The notes under the pieces were generated by a model. The model worked only from the letters and a program-made list of their open reading frames with translations, was not told the DNA's origin and did not search any database. A stretch of DNA of 64,000 nt from Brachymonas sp. (GTDB lineage: Bacteria > Pseudomonadota > Gammaproteobacteria > Burkholderiales > Burkholderiaceae_C), in the NCBI GenBank assembly GCA_039808005.1, contig JBDHSG010000003.1, positions 38,629 through 102,628 of the forward strand, given 5' to 3'. Position numbers and translations under genes: made by a program. Positions 12,144 through 23,531 of this stretch are shown here, piece after piece (the first letter of the stretch is position 1; the number at the start of each line of letters is the position of its first letter).

Positions 12144-13154
12144 ATGTACGAAACCCTGCACCAACTGGCCCTGGAGCACAAGCTTGCGCCCGCGCAAACC
12201 CGTGCGCTGTGGCAATTGTCCGGCTTGCACCGGCCGCCGCCCGGTGTGCACCGCTGGCTGCGCACCGGCCTGATGCTGGCAGCCGCCCTCTTGCTGGGCG
12301 CGGGACTGATTTTCTGGGTGGCGGCCAATTGGGCGGCGCAGTCACGCATGTTCAAGCTGCATCTGTTGCAGGCGGCCGCGGCCGTACCCATGCTGGCCGC
12401 ACTGGCGCTTCCGGCATCGCGGCAGGCGTTGCGCATGGCATTGACGCTCCTGGGTACGCTGGCATTGGGGGGCGTTCTGGCCTACATCGGCATCACCTAC
12501 CAGACCGGGGCGGATGCCTGGGAGCTGTTTGCCACCTGGGCCGCACTGGCCATCGTATGGGTGGGCGTGCTGCGCAGCGATTGGCTATGGGCGCTGTGGC
12601 TGCTGATTGCGGGCGCTGCCATCGGTTCGTGGTCGGGGCAGGCGCTGTTCAACCCGCTGGTCAATCTGCTGAGCTGGCGTAGCACGCACAACCTGGCCAC
12701 GTCGCTGCTGTGGCTGGCAGTATTTTCCTGGCCCCTGCTTCTGGCAGGGCTTGGCGGCGTGCGCGACGGCCAGATGCGTCCAGCGCGGCCAGTGATCAGC
12801 ATGCGGCTTGCCGCCATGCTGGCCATTGGTGCCTGGGGCACGCAGGCCCTGTTGTTTCTGTTCCGGCGCAACGCCGATTACGCAGGTTTTGCCATGAATG
12901 CAGCGTTGGTGCTGCTGGCGGGATGGGTGGGCTGGCGATCTCCCTGGCGTGACCTGGTGGTGCTGGGGCTGTCTCTGCTGGCAATCAATGTACTGGGGTT
13001 TGGCTGGCTGGGGCGCATGCTGTTTTGGGAAGCGCGGCTGGACTCGGGCGGACTACTGCTGTTCAGTGCCTGCGCGGCTGTTTCGGTGGGTTTGAGCGCG
13101 CGCTGGCTGTACCAGCAACAACGCCAGCAACAGGAGGTGCGCGATGCACGCTGA
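12144..13154 (+). CDS. DUF2157-family multi-pass membrane protein
   Basis: GAGLIFWVAANW and YIGITYQTGADAWELFATWA motifs, about 10 hydrophobic segments. Confidence 0.8.
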   Translation: MYETLHQLALEHKLAPAQTRALWQLSGLHRPPPGVHRWLRTGLMLAAALLLGAGLIFWVAANWAAQSRMFKLHLLQAAAAVPMLAALALPASRQALRMALTLLGTLALGGVLAYIGITYQTGADAWELFATWAALAIVWVGVLRSDWLWALWLLIAGAAIGSWSGQALFNPLVNLLSWRSTHNLATSLLWLAVFSWPLLLAGLGGVRDGQMRPARPVISMRLAAMLAIGAWGTQALLFLFRRNADYAGFAMNAALVLLAGWVGWRSPWRDLVVLGLSLLAINVLGFGWLGRMLFWEARLDSGGLLLFSACAAVSVGLSARWLYQQQRQQQEVRDAR

Positions 13155-14934
13155 AACCCCTGCCGGGCAGGCACTGCTCGATTCGGCGAAGCGCAAGGGC
13201 ATCGTGCCCCCTGATGCCGTCTGGTCCGCTGCCGAACGGCCTTCCTGGGTCATTCTGGCCCTGTCTTTTGTGGGCGCGCAGTTTGCCATCTGGCCTTTCC
13301 TGGGCTTTCTGGCCATGTTCGTAAAGGGTTTTTCTTTGCTGGAGCCCCCGGCTTCCCTGGTGCTGAGCGTGATGGCGCTATCGGGCAGCGTGTGGGCGCT
13401 GCGCCAACGCGGCATTGGCCTGTTCGTGGCGCAGCTGGCCTTTACCGTGCTGCTGATCGGGCTGGCGCTGTGGGGCGCCACGCTGCATCAGTGGCATCTG
13501 GGGCGCTGGCTGTGGCCGGTGCTTGGACTGAGCCTGCTGGCGGTGGCTTTCATCGTCGATACGGACTGGGTGCAGGCCATTCTGGGGGCGGTGGCGGTTC
13601 CCCTGTTGCTGCGCATGCCGTGGGGGCACTGGAGCGACGGCGGGTTCGACGGTATGTGGTCAGGCCTGTCGCAGACGGTCAACGTCTGGATGCTGTCGTT
13701 GGTCTGGGCGTTCTGGTGCCTGCGCGAAAACCAGTGGGGGCATGCCCGGTGGCTGCGCACGTTCCACGTCATCATGAGTGGTGCGGGTGTTGGACTGTTG
13801 CTGGAATTGCTAGCCATGGCCAGCAGTTTTTTCTCCATGCGCATGATGTGGGGTGGCGGTCGCGCCGGTTCGGCCGATGATCCGCAGGCCGGGCTGACCA
13901 GCCTGTTTCACCTGGATGGCTGGGCACTGGCTTCCTGTGCGCTGGTGCTGCTGGCCGCCTGGTTGCTGCTGCGGCATTGGCAGTGGCTGGACGGTAGCAG
14001 GGGTCGCGCAGCTGTCCGCTTGCCTGCTCCGGCGCTGGGATTGTGGGTCTTGCTGTATGCCGTGTGGGCGGTGCTGGCGCTGGTGGTCAAGGACATGGGC
14101 GTGTTGGCGCTGCTGTTCAGCGTGGCGCTGGCCACGGGCCGGCGGCGCAGCATGGCGCTGGCCGTCCTGGTGCTGCTGGCGCATCTCTCGGGCTTTTATT
14201 ACGCGCTGCAATGGCCCCTGGAGCGCAAGGCGGCTCTGCTGGCGGGGATGGGCGCATTTATGATGCTGGCCCTGGGGGCGATGCAGGCCTGGGCAGCGCA
14301 TGGCCATTCTTCGGAAAAAAGTGCAGTTCCTGCGTCCCCGCACCCACGCGGGGTGCTGGCGCAACGCATAGCCTTGGCCCTTGGCGTGTTGCTGGTGCTG
14401 GGTTTGACGCAGCGCGACGTCATGCAAAAGGAAACGGTGATCGCGCAAGGGCAGCGGATCTACATTGCCCTGCAGCCGCGCGATCCGCGTTCCATCATGC
14501 AGGGCGACTATATGGCGCTGAACTTTGCCTTGCCCTCCGACATGGATGCAGCAGGTCGAAATTCCACGGACATGCCATCGCCCCTGTTCGGCAAAGTCCA
14601 CGCCGTGGCGCGGCTTGATGCGCTGGGCGTTGCGACGTTGCAGCGCATCGCGGTCAAGGATGAAATGCTGGCCGATGACGAATTGCTGGTTCCGCTGAAA
14701 TACCTCAAGGGCGAATGGACGGTCGTGACCGATGCCTACTTTTTCCCGGAAGGGCAGGGACGGGTATTCAACGCTGCACGCTTTGGCGAGTTTCGCGCGC
14801 TTGGACAGGGCAAGGTGCTGCTGGTGGGGCTGGCCGACGAGAAACTGCGACGCATCGAGCCGCGCCCGGATGTTCAGAAGCAGGATGACGGAGAGCAGCA
14901 AGAGGAAATGCTTGCGCCACAGGCCGGGCAATAG
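13144..14934 (+). CDS. DUF4401-like membrane domain fused to a GDYXXLXY domain
   Basis: Many TM helices, YYALQWPLERKA, then LQPRDPRSIMQGDYMALNF and TDAYFFPEGQG...ARFGEFR. Overlaps the previous gene by 11 nt. Confidence 0.8.
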   Translation: MHAETPAGQALLDSAKRKGIVPPDAVWSAAERPSWVILALSFVGAQFAIWPFLGFLAMFVKGFSLLEPPASLVLSVMALSGSVWALRQRGIGLFVAQLAFTVLLIGLALWGATLHQWHLGRWLWPVLGLSLLAVAFIVDTDWVQAILGAVAVPLLLRMPWGHWSDGGFDGMWSGLSQTVNVWMLSLVWAFWCLRENQWGHARWLRTFHVIMSGAGVGLLLELLAMASSFFSMRMMWGGGRAGSADDPQAGLTSLFHLDGWALASCALVLLAAWLLLRHWQWLDGSRGRAAVRLPAPALGLWVLLYAVWAVLALVVKDMGVLALLFSVALATGRRRSMALAVLVLLAHLSGFYYALQWPLERKAALLAGMGAFMMLALGAMQAWAAHGHSSEKSAVPASPHPRGVLAQRIALALGVLLVLGLTQRDVMQKETVIAQGQRIYIALQPRDPRSIMQGDYMALNFALPSDMDAAGRNSTDMPSPLFGKVHAVARLDALGVATLQRIAVKDEMLADDELLVPLKYLKGEWTVVTDAYFFPEGQGRVFNAARFGEFRALGQGKVLLVGLADEKLRRIEPRPDVQKQDDGEQQEEMLAPQAGQ

Positions 14935-15094
14935 ACCCTGCCTCGGCAGCATGGGCGGCGCCGAGTGCCAAGGCACAATGTGCTGCTCAGCAAGGCTACG
15001 CCGACCGCATGGCCGCAGCCATAGGGGAGCCGAAACGGATGGGTGGGCGAGATGCCGACAGCGGTTGCATTTCCTTGCAATTCGACGGGCTCCT

Positions 15095-15120
15095 TTCAAC
15101 CCCTTGTGGGCAGTTGCGTC
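15095..15120 (+). promoter_or_regulatory. Candidate ECF-sigma promoter
   Basis: TTCAAC-N16-CGTC (AAC...CGTC architecture), 47 nt upstream of the ATG at 15168. Confidence 0.3.
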
Positions 15121-15167
15121 GTTTCAGAACAGGTCCGACAACTGTCATTCAAGGAGGAAGCCTGTCC

Positions 15168-16100
15168 ATGAAATCGTCCGCAAATCATTCCATGCGCCGT
15201 TTGGGCGCCATTCTGGGGCCCGTGGTGCTGGCCGCCGTTTCACAAACGGCCTGCGCCCAGTCCGGCCAGCACACCCAGGCGCAGTCGCTGGTGCAAGGCG
15301 CGGTGCGGGGGCCGGTGGCGCAGGTGCGCATCATCGACCGGGACACCGGCCGGGAACTGCCCGTCTACCGTTACCGGGGCGATTACTGGGTGGCGGGCCA
15401 GCCCGGCGCACGCTATGGCGTTTCCATTCTGGGGCAGGCACAGCCGCTTGGCGGCCGGATCGAGGCCGTGATTTCGATCGATGGCGTCAATGTGATCACC
15501 GGGCAGACCGCCTCGTGGCGGCAAACCGGCTACGTGTTGTCCACGCAGCAGTGGCATACCATCACGGGCTGGCGCAAGAACGACCGGGAAGTGGCGGCGT
15601 TCCATTTCACGGTACTGCCTCATTCCTACGCGGCGCGCACCGGGCGGCCCGACAATGTGGGCGTGATCGGCGTGGCCCTGTATCGGGAAAAGCCCGTTCC
15701 GCAGATTACGCGCCCCTGGCGTGAAACGCCGCCCATCGCGGAAGAAGCCGGAAGAGGAGGCACATGGTCCCAGGACAGGGCTGCCAACGGCGCTGCCGCA
15801 GAGAGCATGCAACGAGCGCCGGCACCGACCAGCAAGAGTGCCCTTCCTGCTGGTCCGCTGCAGGACAGCGAACGGCTGGGAACGGGACACGGTCCGCGCG
15901 AGCATTCCTCGGTTACCTACACCACCTTCGAGCGCCGCAGCAGGAATCCGGAACAGATCGTGACTATCCGCTACGACAGCTATGAAAATCTCGTGTCCAT
16001 GGGTGTCATTCCCCGGCAAGTGCCCCCGCAACCGGTGCGTCCGCAGCCGTTTCCCGAAACCCTGCCGCGCCAGTATGTGCCCGATCCGCCCAACTGGTGA
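15168..16100 (+). CDS. Hypothetical secreted protein upstream of the ECF sigma factor
   Basis: Strong RBS (AAGGAGG), Sec-like signal peptide, a compact beta-rich region (EAVISIDGVNV...ITGWRK...NVGVIGVALYRE), a low-complexity linker and a C-terminal RLGTGHGPRE...IRYDSYENLVSMGVIP segment. Confidence 0.75.
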   Translation: MKSSANHSMRRLGAILGPVVLAAVSQTACAQSGQHTQAQSLVQGAVRGPVAQVRIIDRDTGRELPVYRYRGDYWVAGQPGARYGVSILGQAQPLGGRIEAVISIDGVNVITGQTASWRQTGYVLSTQQWHTITGWRKNDREVAAFHFTVLPHSYAARTGRPDNVGVIGVALYREKPVPQITRPWRETPPIAEEAGRGGTWSQDRAANGAAAESMQRAPAPTSKSALPAGPLQDSERLGTGHGPREHSSVTYTTFERRSRNPEQIVTIRYDSYENLVSMGVIPRQVPPQPVRPQPFPETLPRQYVPDPPNW

Positions 16101-16306
16101 ATGGCGATGCGGGCTGCATCGGTGTGGCAGAAGCCGCATGGAACGTCCGGGGAATGGCCGTGGCCCTCAACAGGGCGAGAGAGACTGTACCGTGCCCCGA
16201 ACAACCCGCACGCAGTGGCATGAGAATCACAGATGCGGTGCCGCCTCCGTCCGTGGAGCGGCAGCCGCTTGCGGATCGGCTTTCCGGGCAGCGGCATAAT
16301 GCCCGC

Positions 16307-16879
16307 ATGGAGCCTGTGGCTTGTCCGGACGAGGAACTGATGCAAGCCTACGCGGGTGGCGACATGGCTGCATTTGTCACGCTCCACGACCGGCACGCCT
16401 TGCGCGTCTGGCGCTATATGTACCGACATGTGGGCGACAGTGCCACCGCCGACGATCTGGCGCAGGACGTCTGGCTGGCCGTGGTGCGCGAGGCTTCCCG
16501 TTATGAGGTGCGCGCGCGGTTCACCACGTGGATTTTTACGCTGGCGCACAACCGCATGGTCGATCACTGCCGGGGCCGCAAGATGCATGCCAGCCTAGAG
16601 GCCGAAAACGAAGACGGGCAGACGCTAGCCGAGACACTGTCTGCGCCTTCCGGTTATGGTCCGTTGCGGCGGATCGAATCGCGCGAGCAGGCCCGGCGGT
16701 TGCTGGCTGCGCTCGATGCCCTGCCGCTGGCGCAGCGCGAGGCGTTCGTGCTGCAGGCCGAAGCGGGCATGAGTGTGGCTGAAATCGCCCAGGCCACCGG
16801 CGTGGGCCTGGAGACGGCCAAGAGCCGCCTGCGGTATGCGCGGTCGGCCTTGCGCGAACATCTGGAGGGCATGGCATGA
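16307..16879 (+). CDS. ECF-family RNA polymerase sigma factor
   Basis: Region 2 (DDLAQDVWL...FTTWIFTLAHNRMVDH) and region 4 (LPLAQREAFVL...AEIAQATGVGLETAKSRLRYAR). Start chosen at 16307, 6 nt after CATAAT. Confidence 0.93.
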   Translation: MEPVACPDEELMQAYAGGDMAAFVTLHDRHALRVWRYMYRHVGDSATADDLAQDVWLAVVREASRYEVRARFTTWIFTLAHNRMVDHCRGRKMHASLEAENEDGQTLAETLSAPSGYGPLRRIESREQARRLLAALDALPLAQREAFVLQAEAGMSVAEIAQATGVGLETAKSRLRYARSALREHLEGMA

Positions 16880-18078
16880 CCCAGCAGCATGGGACGGACA
16901 TTTCTGCCGACAACGATGAACTGGTGACACTGTATCGCCAGGCCGCGCAGTTGGAGGGTGTTCAGCCAGGTGCGCACGTGCGTACTACCGTGCTGGCGGC
17001 TGCGCAGCAGGCGGCGGCGCGCAACGCCAGGGCGGGCAGCGATGTTTCGTTGGCTTCTGGCGGACCTGAAGAGCCGTGCGCCGACGCGCCCGTGGCGGCC
17101 AATGATGCGCGCTGGAAAATCCGCGCCTTGGCGAGCCTCGCGGTGCTGGGGCTGGTTGGCCTGCTGGCGTCGCATTTCCTGCCGCATACCGACGGGCACG
17201 AGGAACTGACCAGAACCCTGGCGCCCGCACCCTATCAGACGCAGGCTGCCTCTGCGGTTGACGGCGATGCAGTCCGTGCAATGAGCGACGCATCATCTGT
17301 TGCGGAGAAGCCTGCGCCCGCCGTACGAGGCACCCATTCCGAAGCTGCGCCTGACAAGGCGCAAGCGCCGCCGGTGCATGCGCAGGAAAATGCGCTGCCG
17401 CCCCGGTCAGAACAGGTAGCATCAAATAAAGTTGCCTCCGTTACTGGGCCGCATCCGCCTCATGCGTTGCCCGAAGCATCACCGTCTCCGTCGGTGGAGG
17501 GCCGTGTGACCGACTCAGCCGCACCTTTTATGGCAGATGCCTTGGTGCAGCCGCGCCCGGTGGCCGAAGAGGCGCAACCGGAAACGCGGGCGGCGACGGA
17601 TCAGCAAGGCAACACCGGGGCGGGCCGCGAAATGCCGCAGGCCTTGCGCAAAGCCACGCAACAGCCTTCCGGGCACCATGATGATGCCCCGTCTTCTGGC
17701 ATGGCTGCCGTGCCCGAGCCGGCGTCCACGTTCACGCCGCCTTCGCCTTTGGCGGAGCGAAGAGCCTTCGAGCCTTCTGAATCGGTTGCCCGGGAAAAAT
17801 TGGATGGGGGCAGGCTTTTGCGTGCCGCCGCCACGCGTGGCGATCTGCGGGGCGTACAGCAGGCCTTGCAGTCCGGAGCGTTCATCGATGCCAGGGACGA
17901 AGCCGGCCGTACGGCACTGATGCGTGCGGCGGGCCAGGGACACGCACCGATGGTGCATTACTTGCTCAGAATGGGGGCCGATGCCGCCTTGTCAGACAAG
18001 GCCGGCAGGAACGCCGCTGCCCATGCCCGGCTAGCCGGCCACGGCGCGCTGGCCCGGCAGATATCAGGTACTCCCTGA
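16876..18078 (+). CDS. Putative anti-sigma factor with a single TM helix, Pro/Ala-rich linker and C-terminal ankyrin repeats
   Basis: ATGA overlap with the sigma gene; TM segment ALASLAVLGLVGLLA; ankyrin motifs GAFIDARDEAGRTALMRAAGQGHAPMVHYLLRMGAD. Confidence 0.7.
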   Translation: MTQQHGTDISADNDELVTLYRQAAQLEGVQPGAHVRTTVLAAAQQAAARNARAGSDVSLASGGPEEPCADAPVAANDARWKIRALASLAVLGLVGLLASHFLPHTDGHEELTRTLAPAPYQTQAASAVDGDAVRAMSDASSVAEKPAPAVRGTHSEAAPDKAQAPPVHAQENALPPRSEQVASNKVASVTGPHPPHALPEASPSPSVEGRVTDSAAPFMADALVQPRPVAEEAQPETRAATDQQGNTGAGREMPQALRKATQQPSGHHDDAPSSGMAAVPEPASTFTPPSPLAERRAFEPSESVAREKLDGGRLLRAAATRGDLRGVQQALQSGAFIDARDEAGRTALMRAAGQGHAPMVHYLLRMGADAALSDKAGRNAAAHARLAGHGALARQISGTP

Positions 18079-18211
18079 TTGCTTTTTGCGTCTCGTTATG
18101 CTTGCAGCGTAAGGCCGCACAAAGAATTTCGTTTAATAATACAAAATTCTGGCCTTGCCAGACCATATTCCGGCAGCACCGGCAGGCTGCTGCCGCCAGA
18201 GGACCCGTTTC

Positions 18212-20380
<2,169 letters not shown>

Positions 20381-20538
20381 CGGGGCTGTCCGGCTTATGA
20401 AACCCCAGGTCTTTTTGATTGGCCCCGAGAGCGCCCCGCTGGATGTGCAGCCGAAACCGGCTTCGCAAGAGGGGAATGTGCGGACATCCGTCGGTCCGCA
20501 TCGGGGAAAACGGCCGTTCACGCTGGTGGAGGCCGAGC

Positions 20539-21612
20539 ATGGCTGACCTGCTTCAGGGCATCATGCACGGCGATGCGATGCACCGCCGCCGCGCCATCGC
20601 CAAGGCCATCACGCTGCTTGAATCCACCCGGGCCGACCACCGTGCCCAGGGCGACGAGTTGCTCACGGCATTGCTGCCCCGCACCGGGCAGGCATTGCGC
20701 ATCGGCATCAGCGGCGTTCCGGGGGTGGGCAAAAGCACGTTCATCGAATCGTTGGGGGTGCACCTGATCGAGCGCGGCCACCGCGTGGCAGTGCTGGCGG
20801 TGGATCCATCATCCACCGTTTCGGGCGGCTCCATCCTGGGCGACAAGACCCGCATGGAGCGCCTGTCCACGCTTGAAGAGGCCTATATCCGTCCCAGCCC
20901 CAGCGGGGGAACGCTGGGCGGCGTGGCCGACAAGACCCGCGAAGCCATGCTGGTCTGCGAGGCCGCCGGTTATGATGTCGTGCTGATTGAGACCGTGGGC
21001 GTGGGCCAGAGCGAAACCGCCGTGCATGGCATGGTCGATCTGTTTGTGCTGCTGCAATTGCCCAATGCGGGTGACGATCTGCAGGCCATCAAGAAGGGCG
21101 TGATGGAAATTGCCGATCTGGTCGTCATCAACAAGGCCGATCTCGATGGAGCCGCCGCGATGCGCGCCCGCGCGCAGATCCAGTCGGCTCTGCGCCTGTT
21201 CGGCCTGCACGGAAATCCGCAGCGTGCGGCGCACGACGCGGCATGCTGGCAACCGCAGGTATTGCAGATCAGTGGCCTCAAGGGCGAAGGGCTCGATGCA
21301 TTCTGGGGGGCCGTTGTCCAGTTCCGTGAAGTGCAAATCGCCAACGGCCGGCTGGCCATGCGCCGACAGCAGCAATCGCTGGCCTGGATGTGGGAGCGTA
21401 TCGATACCGGGCTGCGTGAGGCATTCCGCACCAGCCCGCAGGTTCGCGAGGTTTTGCCGGTTGTGCAGGAAAAAGTCCGGCTCGGCCAACTGGCCGCATC
21501 CACGGCGGCGCGTCAGTTGCTGCAGCGATCCGGGATCGGGAATCATTTTCCGGCGGCCGGCTCCGATGGTGACACGCCACATGCCTTCAGGCCCGGTCCG
21601 TGCAATGAATAA
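20539..21612 (+). CDS. meaB: Methylmalonyl-CoA mutase-associated GTPase MeaB
   Basis: [40 protein letters not shown]. Confidence 0.96.
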   Translation: MADLLQGIMHGDAMHRRRAIAKAITLLESTRADHRAQGDELLTALLPRTGQALRIGISGVPGVGKSTFIESLGVHLIERGHRVAVLAVDPSSTVSGGSILGDKTRMERLSTLEEAYIRPSPSGGTLGGVADKTREAMLVCEAAGYDVVLIETVGVGQSETAVHGMVDLFVLLQLPNAGDDLQAIKKGVMEIADLVVINKADLDGAAAMRARAQIQSALRLFGLHGNPQRAAHDAACWQPQVLQISGLKGEGLDAFWGAVVQFREVQIANGRLAMRRQQQSLAWMWERIDTGLREAFRTSPQVREVLPVVQEKVRLGQLAASTAARQLLQRSGIGNHFPAAGSDGDTPHAFRPGPCNE

Positions 21613-21662
21613 TCAACCCCCGCGTGCATCACTGCATGCATCTATGTTTAGACGTCAAAACC

Positions 21663-23195
21663 ATGAAGCAAATCATTGAACAACTCGAACAGAAACGCGC
21701 AGCCGCCCGCCTGGGTGGCGGCCAGAGGCGCATTGATGCCCAGCATGCCAAGGGGCGGCTGACGGCGCGCGAGCGCATCGACGTCTTGCTCGACGGCGGC
21801 AGCTTTGAAGAGTGGGACATGTTCGTTGAGCACCGCTGCACCGACTTCGGCATGGATGAGAACCACATCCCCGGCGACGGTGTGGTTACGGGTTATGGGA
21901 CCATCAATGGCCGCCTCGTGTTCGTGTTCAGCCAGGACTTCACCGTGTTTGGCGGCGCCTTGTCCGAAGCGCATGCGGAAAAAATCTGCAAGCTCATGGA
22001 TCAGGCCATGAAGGTGGGCGCGCCGGTGATCGGCCTCAACGATTCGGGGGGCGCCCGCATCCAGGAAGGGGTGGCTTCGCTGGCGGGCTACGCCGAGGTG
22101 TTCCAGCGCAACGTCATGGCCAGCGGCGTGATTCCGCAGATCAGCATGATCATGGGCCCGTGCGCGGGTGGCGCGGTCTATTCACCGGCCATGACGGACT
22201 TCATCTTCATGGTGAAGGACAGCTCCTACATGTTCGTTACCGGTCCGGATGTGGTCAAGACGGTCACCCATGAAAACGTCACGGCGCAGGAACTGGGTGG
22301 GGCCGTGACCCATTCCACCAAGAGCGGCGTGGCGGATCTGGCTTTCGAGAACGACGTCGAGGCGCTGCTCATGCTGCGCCGCCTGTTCAATTACATCCCG
22401 GCCAACAACCGCGAAAAAGCACCGCACCGTCCCACGCTCGATCCGGCCAACCGCGCCGACATGAGCCTCGATACGCTGGTGCCCGCCAATCCGAACAAGC
22501 CCTATGACATGAAGGAACTCATCGTCAAGACGGTTGACGATGCCGAGTTCTTCGAATTGCAGTCCGATTATGCCGGCAACATCATCATCGGCTTTGCCCG
22601 CATGGATGGCAACGTGGTGGGCATCGTGGCCAACCAGCCGCTGGTGCTGGCCGGCTGCCTGGACATCAAGAGCAGCATCAAGGCGGCGCGTTTCGTGCGT
22701 TTTTGCGATGCCTTCAACATTCCCGTGCTGACTTTCGTGGACGTGCCCGGCTTCATGCCCGGCACTGCCCAGGAGTACGGCGGTATCATCAAGCACGGCG
22801 CCAAGCTGCTCTATGCCTATGCCGAATGCACCGTGCCCAAGATCACCGTCATCACCCGCAAGGCTTACGGCGGGGCCTATGACGTGATGAGTTCCAAGCA
22901 CCTGCGCGGCGACGTGAACCTGGCCTGGCCCAATGCGGAAATTGCCGTCATGGGCGCCAAGGGCGCCGTGGAGATCATCTTTCGCCAGGACAAGGACGAC
23001 CCCGAAAAGTTGGCCCAGCGCGAAGCCGAATACCGGGCGCGTTTCGCCAACCCGTTCGTGGCAGGCAGCCGGGGCTTCATCGATGATGTGATCCAGCCGC
23101 ATGAGACGCGGCTGCGCATTTGCCGCAGCCTTGCCATGCTCAAGGACAAGAAGCTGGAAAATCCGTGGCGCAAGCACGGGAACATCCCGCTGTAA
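21663..23195 (+). CDS. pccB: Propionyl-CoA carboxylase beta chain (acyl-CoA carboxyltransferase)
   Basis: [44 protein letters not shown]. Confidence 0.95.
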   Translation: MKQIIEQLEQKRAAARLGGGQRRIDAQHAKGRLTARERIDVLLDGGSFEEWDMFVEHRCTDFGMDENHIPGDGVVTGYGTINGRLVFVFSQDFTVFGGALSEAHAEKICKLMDQAMKVGAPVIGLNDSGGARIQEGVASLAGYAEVFQRNVMASGVIPQISMIMGPCAGGAVYSPAMTDFIFMVKDSSYMFVTGPDVVKTVTHENVTAQELGGAVTHSTKSGVADLAFENDVEALLMLRRLFNYIPANNREKAPHRPTLDPANRADMSLDTLVPANPNKPYDMKELIVKTVDDAEFFELQSDYAGNIIIGFARMDGNVVGIVANQPLVLAGCLDIKSSIKAARFVRFCDAFNIPVLTFVDVPGFMPGTAQEYGGIIKHGAKLLYAYAECTVPKITVITRKAYGGAYDVMSSKHLRGDVNLAWPNAEIAVMGAKGAVEIIFRQDKDDPEKLAQREAEYRARFANPFVAGSRGFIDDVIQPHETRLRICRSLAMLKDKKLENPWRKHGNIPL

Positions 23196-23211
23196 TTGCC
23201 GTTGCATTGCC

Positions 23212-23511
23212 ATGCCCAAAGCCCTCTGTGCCGACCAGGCCATGCGTCTGACCGATATTCCGAATATTGGCCGCTCGATCGCGGCTGACCTCCGGCAGAT
23301 GGGCATTCACACGCCACAGGATGTCCGCGGCATGGACCCTGTTGCGATCTACGAAGCACTGCGCATGCCGATGGGGCAGCGTCATGACCCTTGCGTGCTC
23401 GACGTGTTTCTGGCTGCACACGATTTCATGAACGGCGGTGCCGTGGGCCCATGGTGGGCATTTACGGCACAGCGCAAGGCCATGCTGGCCACAGACACGA
23501 AAACAGTTTGA
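23212..23511 (+). CDS. Small helix-hairpin-helix protein (Cdd1 / pathogenicity-locus family)
   Basis: LTDIPNIGRSIAADL, HDPCVLDVF and PWW.FT..RK motifs. Confidence 0.75.
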   Translation: MPKALCADQAMRLTDIPNIGRSIAADLRQMGIHTPQDVRGMDPVAIYEALRMPMGQRHDPCVLDVFLAAHDFMNGGAVGPWWAFTAQRKAMLATDTKTV

Positions 23512-23531
23512 CTGCATTGAGGAATTTCATC

